Positions 57,010-64,000 of a DNA stretch of 64,000 bases are shown piece after piece. The DNA lies in the NCBI GenBank assembly GCA_965248265.1, contig CBDFJF010000001.1:384001-448000 (forward strand), given 5' to 3'. This stretch comes from Candidatus Latescibacterota bacterium. Its GTDB lineage: Bacteria; Latescibacterota; UBA2968; UBA8231. Within the stretch, counting starts at the first letter, position 1; each line of letters starts with the position of its first letter. Under the pieces are notes generated by a model. The model worked only from the letters and a program-made list of their open reading frames with translations, was not told the DNA's origin and searched no databases. A program made the translations under genes and the position numbers.

Positions 57010-59349
57010 TCACATGGCGTACTGGATCTCGAACACGCTCAAGCGACCAATCCGCGGCCCCGTGAGAAATTCTCGGTGTCGGTTGCCAAGCAGGTTCTGC
57101 ACCGAGATCCGGTAATGGATGCCGTGAGTCGCCTCGTAGATCAACCCGAGATCGACGACGGTGTAAGAAGGCACGGTCCCACCGAATTGAGCCTCGCGAA
57201 AATCGTGCTCAGCCACGTACCGCGCCGACAGGTCGACGGCCGTTCTCGGAAAAACGAGATCGTTGGCTGACACCCCGAAGTTGACGATGGCACCAGGGGT
57301 ATTGAACGGTACCTCCATGCCGCCATCATCCTTGAGGGTGCCGGCATCGATCAAGGAGGTGTTGCCGCGCAGGACGATCCGCTCCGTGAGGTAGGCGCTG
57401 GCGCCAAGGTCGAAGCCGATGACAGCCAGCTTGCCGAAGTTTACTGTCGTCAATGTTTTTTCGCCGGAGCGTAGTTCGCCGTTCTCGTCGAGGGTGACTA
57501 TTCCCGCCTCAAAATCTCCAATCGGCGTTGTGAAGGGACTGCTGAAATTCTCGTGCCGGCTTCTGTAACCGCTGATGTCGATGAAGAGCCGATCCGAGAG
57601 TGCTCCCTTGAGGCCGAGTTCGACCGTCGTGTTCTGTTCCGGCTCGAGGGCGGCGATGCCGTTTTCGAACTGGGCAGGCAAGGGGTCGCCAGACAGCGAA
57701 CCGAAGCGGAACCCGTCGCGATTCCCTCTGATCACTTCTGGAGGTATTCGCGGAATCAGGATATGCTGTTCGAGCACGGTAGGACTCTTGAAGGCGCGGT
57801 TGACTGAGGCCCGCACAGCCATCTTCCTGTCCAGCGGAGAATACACCAGGGCAATCCGGGGGCTGAGTTGGCTGCCGTATTCTTCGTGCCAATCAAAGCG
57901 CGATGCCAGGATCCCCTTGAGCGCCCGTGTTATCGTGGCTTCGGCGTAACTGAACACGCCGACCTGATTGAGCGTGACCTGGCCGCCTCTGACGAAGTTG
58001 CTCTTTTGATATTGCTGGCGCCAAGCGGACCCGATGATGAAACGGGTACGCGGCCATGCTGCCACGCCGAAGCGGTACCGCGCCTCGACCTCTCGCAGTG
58101 CGGATTTCCCCCTGATCATGGCACTCTGGCGAGCTTGCTGTGGGGGCAGGCCATATAGAAGGCGCAGGTTCGCCTCCTGGTCAAGGAGGAAGGAGTCTCC
58201 GACGTCAGCGCCGGTGTTGTAAGCGCTCAGATAGAGGCTGGGGGTCTCATAGGCAACCTGCTGGTAGTGGTAATAGCTGTCGATGACCTGGACCCGGCCG
58301 GTGAGCGTCGATTGTGAAATGCCGTTGACGCGCGTGGCCCCCGCGGTTGCCCGAACCGTGGTGCCGTCGTCCGGATAATAGTACAAGCCGATTCCGCCGA
58401 CGATGATGTCGGTGTCGAAATCCGGCGTCTCGGTCACCGAAGATGTGCCGTCGGTGTAGGTATTGGCCAGTTCGAAATCGCGGCCGCTTTGGTACTCGCC
58501 GGAAGCTTTCCAACCCCATTTCCCGTTGAAGAGTTCGGCATGACGGACGCGCCCCTTGAACACCTCGCGGGTACCTCCCGAAATCGCCGCAGTAGTGCTC
58601 TGGTCGGTCCGTGGATCACTGGATCGCAGGCTGATGATGCCGGACACCGCATCTGGTCCGTAGAGGGCGGATCCAGGGCCGGTGATGACCTCCATGTCAC
58701 GCACGTCGTCTTTGGTTGTGGCCGGGTTGTAATAGGGACTTCCCCCCAAGCTCTCCGTCACCCGGCCGTCCGTTATCAACAGCATGCGTTTGTTGAAGGC
58801 GGCGTTGAGTCCACGTGCCGCGAAGCGCTCCTGGAACAGACCGAGTTGCTGATAGTCGATGCCTCGGACATGGCGCAGGTCGTTGATGTAGGAGTGCCCG
58901 CCAGCGTTGCGCCGTATTTGTGCTGCATCAATCCGGGTCACGGATACCGGCGCCTCGAGGATGCTTTCGGGCAGGCGGCTGCCGGAAACGACGGTTTCGT
59001 CGAGTTCAAGCGGTCGAGTCACCATCTGCAGCAACAGGATCGCCGGGTTCCCGGCCGTGATGCTGACCTCGCGTGGAGTTGAGCGGTAGCCGATGTAGGT
59101 CGCCGATACTGAATAGGTTCCTGGCGTCAGGCCGTCGAAAGCGAAGTGGCCTTCGGCATCACTGACCGTGCCGAAGGTCCCGGACGTGGCCAAGTCACTG
59201 ACTATCACATTGGCCGCAGCCAGTGGTTGGCCCGTGTCGACAGAGATCACCTGGCCACTGATGCGAGCTCCATCCGCCATTGATGAGGAAGACAACACCA
59301 GGAGGAAAAGGAGAGCGCGGAACAAGGGTCTACCGTCCATCTTCACCAC
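57010..59349 (-). CDS. TonB-dependent receptor with N-terminal carboxypeptidase-regulatory-like domain
   Basis: Signal peptide, TYIGY, ETVVSGSR, ARGLN, MEVITGPGSALYG, LEPEQN, QNLLG. Confidence 0.92.
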   Translation of the reverse strand: MVKMDGRPLFRALLFLLVLSSSSMADGARISGQVISVDTGQPLAAANVIVSDLATSGTFGTVSDAEGHFAFDGLTPGTYSVSATYIGYRSTPREVSITAGNPAILLLQMVTRPLELDETVVSGSRLPESILEAPVSVTRIDAAQIRRNAGGHSYINDLRHVRGIDYQQLGLFQERFAARGLNAAFNKRMLLITDGRVTESLGGSPYYNPATTKDDVRDMEVITGPGSALYGPDAVSGIISLRSSDPRTDQSTTAAISGGTREVFKGRVRHAELFNGKWGWKASGEYQSGRDFELANTYTDGTSSVTETPDFDTDIIVGGIGLYYYPDDGTTVRATAGATRVNGISQSTLTGRVQVIDSYYHYQQVAYETPSLYLSAYNTGADVGDSFLLDQEANLRLLYGLPPQQARQSAMIRGKSALREVEARYRFGVAAWPRTRFIIGSAWRQQYQKSNFVRGGQVTLNQVGVFSYAEATITRALKGILASRFDWHEEYGSQLSPRIALVYSPLDRKMAVRASVNRAFKSPTVLEQHILIPRIPPEVIRGNRDGFRFGSLSGDPLPAQFENGIAALEPEQNTTVELGLKGALSDRLFIDISGYRSRHENFSSPFTTPIGDFEAGIVTLDENGELRSGEKTLTTVNFGKLAVIGFDLGASAYLTERIVLRGNTSLIDAGTLKDDGGMEVPFNTPGAIVNFGVSANDLVFPRTAVDLSARYVAEHDFREAQFGGTVPSYTVVDLGLIYEATHGIHYRISVQNLLGNRHREFLTGPRIGRLSVFEIQYAM

Positions 59350-59620
59350 CAGCCTTCCTTGCGACCACTCCGTACACGGTCGCCGGGTTGTCGTGGAAAC
59401 AGGTCTTGGGCAACATCGATGGCCGTCGACGGAGAGGTCGAGCCTTCCTCGATCATCTCGGCCAGCACTGCGGCGAAGTTACGACGTGCCATCTGCAGGT
59501 GACGTAGATGGTACCCAAAAATGGCATCCAAGTGCACCAGGTCGTCGCCGAAGGCGATAATTTATCACACGGAACCATGCGCAACCACTCCTCTCAGCGC
59601 GATGCGGCGATGGGTGAGAT
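59343..59620 (-). pseudogene. C-terminal remnant of an amidohydrolase-family gene
   Basis: Across one stop and two frameshifts reads ISP...EWLRMVPCDKIIAFGDD...HLQMARRNFAAVLAEMIEEG...DLFHDNPATVY. Confidence 0.7.
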
Positions 59621-59995
59621 ATCACGGTCAAGGCACTTGTGGCTGCCACTGACGAACAAGGTGCCGCTATCTCCGGGCAAGCGCATCAAGCCGCTGCCGT
59701 TGTGAGTGTGGAAACGACCGACACCAGGTTCGCGCACATGGAGAGGTCATCTCCATGCGAAAATCCCTGGCACTCTCGCTCATTACCGCTGGCACCACGA
59801 TCCAGCCCTGGTGGTCTCCTCGATAGCCTGGCATAACTAATTGATTTTACTCGGCATGTGCAAGGTGGTCCCGCGCGGTCCCGTCAGCGGCAATACTCGG
59901 GGGAGTGACACTTTTGGACGCTCGGGGTGTCGAAACAGGGCAGGAACGACATATTCATCCCCGTGGCGAGAGTTCTGTCGTCCGATCTGGAGACT

Positions 59996-60847
59996 ATGAT
60001 GAAAACGATACAGTGGTGTGCAATCGGAATCGTGAGCGCTGTCACAGCCGGTTTCTCCGAGCCCGTGGACACGCGGTTCGGGTTTGATGAGACGGCCTCG
60101 ATCGAGTGGATCACGGGTGAGCGGATCGAAATCGAATGGAATGAGATATCAGATTCGCGTTGCGCCACGGGCGCGACCTGCGTCTGGGAAGGCCAGGTTA
60201 CCGTGTCCGTCGATGTCGTCGTCGACGGCGCGCGCACTGAAGATATCGAAATCACCCTCCACGGTGAGGAGTTCGAGCGTGCCGTGGCGACGGTTGCGGG
60301 CTTTCGCATTCAATTGGCGGCCGTGGGGCCGTACCCGGTGCTGGACGAGCCGACCGAGCGTTCCAGCTATCGCGCTACCGTGGTTGTGTCACCGGTCACG
60401 AACACCGAGTTGCGCCACGGAATGGCGGGGCTCAACAGTCGATGGCGTCTCGAATTCTTCGGCCTGATAGGTAAAGAGGCGCCGGCGTTGGAGAGCACGG
60501 AGGTTACCGTCCTGTTCGAGTTGTCCGATTCCGGAGTGGGAACAGTTTCGGGATCCGGTGGATGCAACGGCTTCACCGGTAGTGTTCAGGTTGCGCCGAT
60601 CGGTGCGATCGCGTTGAGCGACCTTGGTTTTACCGACATGGCCTGCGACGGTCCTGGTCTGATGGAGCAGGAGGATCGATTCTTCACCGAGTTGCCCAAC
60701 GTCATCGGCTTTACGATGACGGAAACCCGGCTGGTCCTGCCGTACGCAGGGGGAGATACAATTGGCACCATGATCTTCGGCCGAATGGACGGCATCCCAA
60801 CTGCGGTCGAAGTGAAATCGTGGGGCCAGGTAAAGGCCGGTTCATGA
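59996..60847 (+). CDS. Secreted META-domain protein with C-terminal TAVEVKSWGQVK motif
   Basis: Signal peptide; DSRCATGATCVWEG domain; META motifs GSGGCNGF, TDMAC, MEQEDRF. Confidence 0.85.
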   Translation: MMKTIQWCAIGIVSAVTAGFSEPVDTRFGFDETASIEWITGERIEIEWNEISDSRCATGATCVWEGQVTVSVDVVVDGARTEDIEITLHGEEFERAVATVAGFRIQLAAVGPYPVLDEPTERSSYRATVVVSPVTNTELRHGMAGLNSRWRLEFFGLIGKEAPALESTEVTVLFELSDSGVGTVSGSGGCNGFTGSVQVAPIGAIALSDLGFTDMACDGPGLMEQEDRFFTELPNVIGFTMTETRLVLPYAGGDTIGTMIFGRMDGIPTAVEVKSWGQVKAGS

Positions 60848-61599
60848 GGCGTGCCCGCCACCAGTTGATCGCAGCCGCTGTCGTGCTGCAAGCCTCAGTG
60901 CTCGCTGCTGAAAGCAATCCGCCCCTGCCGGGATTCGATGAGGCTGGATCGGATCCCCGGGCGATCGAAATCGCCGATGCCGTGATGGAGCGGCTCGGTG
61001 GGCGTGCCAACTGGGATACCACGCGCTACATCACCTGGCGTTTCTTCGGCCGACGCCTGCATGTGTGGGATAAGTGGACGGGCGACCTGCGCTTTGAACA
61101 GAGTGATCTGGTCGTGCTCATGAACATCCATTCGCGAGAGGGCAGGGCATGGAAAGAGGGACAGCTGGTTGTTGATGCCGATACCCTGGCAGCCAGATTG
61201 GACGATGCCTACCGCGCCTGGATCAACGACAGCTACTGGGTAGTGATGCCCTACAAGCTCAAGGACAGCGGGGTCACACTGAGGCACAAAGGCAGTGGCG
61301 AGACGGTAGGTGGATTGTCATGTGAGGTTCTCGAACTCACCTTTACAGATGTCGGTGTAACGCCGCAAAACAAGTACGATGTCTACGTCGATTCGCAAGA
61401 GCACCTGGTGCGCCAATGGGTGTTCTACGCCAACGCCGACGACGAAGAGCCGAGGTTCGTTAGTCCATGGTCAAACTGGAAGCTGTATGGCAGGATCTGG
61501 TTGGCTGACGATCACGGCAGGAACCGACACACGGATGTCTCCGTCCTCGAGGAGGTACCCCACGCGACGTTCGAAGATCCCGCGGTCGGACAGTGGTGA
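60844..61599 (+). CDS. Secreted hypothetical protein
   Basis: Signal peptide; A.EIADAVMERLGG..NW, WINDSYWVVMPYKL.D.GV, VGVTPQNKY. Confidence 0.8.
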   Translation: MRRARHQLIAAAVVLQASVLAAESNPPLPGFDEAGSDPRAIEIADAVMERLGGRANWDTTRYITWRFFGRRLHVWDKWTGDLRFEQSDLVVLMNIHSREGRAWKEGQLVVDADTLAARLDDAYRAWINDSYWVVMPYKLKDSGVTLRHKGSGETVGGLSCEVLELTFTDVGVTPQNKYDVYVDSQEHLVRQWVFYANADDEEPRFVSPWSNWKLYGRIWLADDHGRNRHTDVSVLEEVPHATFEDPAVGQW

Positions 61600-61621
61600 G
61601 GGTTGAGCGAGTACTGACCGC

Positions 61622-61984
61622 TCAGCCACCTTCAACATACTGCATGATCCCGAACAGGTTTCCCTCCGTATCCTGGCAGTAGGCGAGCAGGCCGACAGAC
61701 GGGATCTCCTGTTTGGGGACCACACATTTCCCACCGGCCGCTTCGATTTTGGTGACGAACTCGTCGACGGAAGGTACATCGATTGTATTGCACGCCCCCC
61801 CATGTGTTCCTGAGCGTTGCACAAGGGCCCCATTGATGCCGGGATCCGCGTCGCTTCCCGTCGTGACTACGGGCCGGTAACTTTCCGACCACCGGTCGGT
61901 TTGCCAACCGAAAACGTCCGTGTAGAATGAGATGGCCCGCGACAGGTCATCGGCGGGGATCTCGAAATGGATGACTCCTGGCAT
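61622..61984 (-). CDS. VOC family protein
   Basis: VIHFEIPADD, FYTDVFGW, GINGAL, DTEGNLFG. Confidence 0.92.
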   Translation of the reverse strand: MPGVIHFEIPADDLSRAISFYTDVFGWQTDRWSESYRPVVTTGSDADPGINGALVQRSGTHGGACNTIDVPSVDEFVTKIEAAGGKCVVPKQEIPSVGLLAYCQDTEGNLFGIMQYVEGG

Positions 61985-62007
61985 TTGAACCTCTCAGTGG
62001 CTAGCCG

Positions 62008-62733
62008 TCACCGAACCGCATCCTTGCCGAAGCGGCAAAAGCCTTCGGCAAAGGTACACTCGGTCATGCCGGCGGTGAGTTGGGCTTCGAAAGCCCGGTA
62101 GCGGGCCAGTATTTCGTATTGCGTTGGCAGCAAGGGTTGCGCGGCCAGCGCTTTCATGGCCTCGATCTTGCGCTCGATCGTGCTGTCGATATCGACGAAA
62201 AAATCAGGCAGAAACTTGGTGACTGGGCTGGCCCCAAGTTGCGTCTCATAGCACACGTATTCGGGCGATGGGCAGGGTCCGTTCGCTGTTTCGATGCCGG
62301 GGGTGCCACAATATCGTGCTGCCCACAGGACGCCTTGTGCCGCTTCAACGTGATCGGGGTGAAGGAAGTCGTCTATCCAGTGGCACAGTACGACGTCCGG
62401 CGCGAAGGCACGGATCGCGTCCATGACTTCCAGTCGGCGTTCCGGTCCCAACAGCAGCGGGCCATCGCCGTAGTCGAAGCAGTCGATGGTCGCTCCTAAG
62501 ATGCCTGCCGCCGCCTTCATTTCTTCCTGGCGGATGGCTTTTATCACGCCGATGGGCGGTGGGGGATTCTGGTCCCACAGGGCAGGAGATTCCATTATCT
62601 CCCCGAAGGTGAAGTCGTGGATATGCACGGTTGCTCCAGCATCGGTGAAGCGGGCGATGGTTCCCCCCGCCCGCGAGCAGAAATCCGCGGCGTGAGCGCT
62701 GAATACGAGCACCTTCTTGTGGTCCAGGAACAT
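62008..62733 (-). CDS. PIG-L/LmbE family protein, GalB (4-oxalomesaconate hydratase)-like
   Basis: SAHAADFCSRAGGTIA, FGEIMES..LW, HPDH, AEGF. Confidence 0.8.
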   Translation of the reverse strand: MFLDHKKVLVFSAHAADFCSRAGGTIARFTDAGATVHIHDFTFGEIMESPALWDQNPPPPIGVIKAIRQEEMKAAAGILGATIDCFDYGDGPLLLGPERRLEVMDAIRAFAPDVVLCHWIDDFLHPDHVEAAQGVLWAARYCGTPGIETANGPCPSPEYVCYETQLGASPVTKFLPDFFVDIDSTIERKIEAMKALAAQPLLPTQYEILARYRAFEAQLTAGMTECTFAEGFCRFGKDAVR

Positions 62734-62817
62734 GGTCGCTCTCCAGGGTCTTGTTGGTGTGCTCGGCAAGATGCAGCAAATTAGCCGTACAGGTCAACCA
62801 GAAGTGATTGTGATTTG

Positions 62818-63537
62818 CTATGGCAGAGAGATGCCCAGCGTGGCGAGCTGTTTTTCCACCTGTTCAGCCCAACCGCGATTGGCGGCAGGGCTCGCCGGCG
62901 AGGGATGCAGGATGGTGCCGACTGTAATCCCATCGCCGGCAGCCTGCCGTGCCCGTGCCTCGGCGAACTTGCCAACTCCCAGAACATGCGTTGGACCGAT
63001 GAAGTCGATGAGCGCCCTCAGGGCGCGGTCACAGGCCTCGAACAGTGGCGCACGCTCTTGGGGAGGTAGCTTGTCGGGTGTGCGATTGCGGCCGGAGTCT
63101 TCGAGAAAGGCCAGGGGGCAGTAATTCCAGACGAAAAATCGCTCGAAGAATGATTCGGGTGATCCGAAACGGTCGCGTGCCCAACCCCACAGACGTTGTC
63201 CGCTGACCTCACTGCGGCGGCAGTCGAAACCATCGATTGGCCGCTTGGGGTGTTCGGCCGCTGGTTTGCGGATCGCAGCGCTGATGCCGAGCCAATCTTT
63301 GACGAGATTCACTTCACCAAAGGGTACGCCGGTTTGTGCCATTCCCCAGGGCCCGGGGTTCATACCCAGAAGCAGGGTACTCACGCGCGGTCGGCAATAG
63401 CGCGCAAGGTAGGCCGCATGAGCCTCGGCAGCATAGTCGAGGGGGTTGTAGACATGCGCAACCGGATCGTCGAAACGCAGGCGGTTCACTTCTTCACTGA
63501 GGGTGCGCGCGATCTGCAGCGGCACGGAACCGGGCAT
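62818..63537 (-). CDS. smug1: SMUG1-type uracil-DNA glycosylase (UDG family 3)
   Basis: VYNPL.YA, GMNPGPWGMAQTGVPFG, SEVSG.RLW, NYCPL, HPSPASP.ANRGW. Confidence 0.93.
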   Translation of the reverse strand: MPGSVPLQIARTLSEEVNRLRFDDPVAHVYNPLDYAAEAHAAYLARYCRPRVSTLLLGMNPGPWGMAQTGVPFGEVNLVKDWLGISAAIRKPAAEHPKRPIDGFDCRRSEVSGQRLWGWARDRFGSPESFFERFFVWNYCPLAFLEDSGRNRTPDKLPPQERAPLFEACDRALRALIDFIGPTHVLGVGKFAEARARQAAGDGITVGTILHPSPASPAANRGWAEQVEKQLATLGISLP

Positions 63538-63560
63538 CTATGGCTGTCGCACGACGCTCA

Positions 63561-63998
63561 TCACCGCGTCATCGCAAACCGGTTGGGTTCGAACAGGGCT
63601 TCCAGGGTGCGGGTGATGCCGGCACGGGTTACGGCTCGTCCGCCGCGATGCAGGTCCAGGTACTTGTCGGCCAGGACCTTCGACAGAATCTCGCGAAACC
63701 GTTTCCACTTCGGAACCAGGTTCTCCATGACTCGGGCATCCGAGTTGAAGGCGATGAAGCGGGCGCCCATCATTTCCAGGCGCATGCGCAAGTCGGCTTC
63801 CACCAGGCCGGGGTGCAGGTTGAACCACCAGTGACCGACGACGATGACGTTGTCGAAGTGACAGGTCATGACGCTGGCGTCGTACTGATTGGCGTTGTGC
63901 AGAGGGGTGATGAAGAAGGCGTTGCGCGGGTGTTGCTGGATCAGTTGCTGATAGGGGCTCATGTCGCACAGACCGACGCCATCTCCGGCATCGCCCCA
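63561..63998 (-). CDS. uxaC: Uronate (glucuronate) isomerase, Bh0493-like (5'-partial)
   Basis: GDAGDGVG, GHWWF, MRLEMMG, SDARV.E.L..KW, VLADKY; the frame runs off the window end. Confidence 0.8.
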   Translation of the reverse strand, partial: WGDAGDGVGLCDMSPYQQLIQQHPRNAFFITPLHNANQYDASVMTCHFDNVIVVGHWWFNLHPGLVEADLRMRLEMMGARFIAFNSDARVMENLVPKWKRFREILSKVLADKYLDLHRGGRAVTRAGITRTLEALFEPNRFAMTR

Positions 63999-64000
63999 GG

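Overview
GC-rich bacterial chromosomal window. The gene content (SprA, an FlgD-Ig/T9SS-type CTD remnant, a C-terminal SWGxxK motif, an orphan FliG) suggests the FCB group or a related lineage such as Latescibacterota, which is an inference. Left third: orphan fliG opposite a frameshifted wHTH-PAS gene; lptFG; and a co-oriented run sprA-comEA-pilM-pilN/O-like-coaD-obgE-dprA. Next is a divergent iron locus, with feoA-feoB-small membrane protein on one side and porin, FMN-binding protein, His-containing membrane protein and a secreted protein on the other; each arm has a sigma70-like promoter followed by a shared palindromic operator. An IS630 element with a probable programmed -1 frameshift sits in a CTAG stop-codon site. 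The rest is mostly catabolic and housekeeping enzymes (PhyH dioxygenase, M20/M14/M16/M19 peptidases, RraA-like aldolase, PLP enzymes, SDRs, FGGY kinase/aldolase/HAD, anmK, Fpg, SMUG1, TonB-dependent receptor, uronate isomerase) plus several gene remnants. No rRNA, tRNA or CRISPR array was seen. Best candidates for new biology: (i) a non-Bacteroidetes SprA translocon linked to competence/pilus-platform genes, with candidate C-terminal sorting signals, and (ii) a probably metal-regulated flavinylated redox module paired with Feo. All product calls come from motif recognition by eye; no searches were run.
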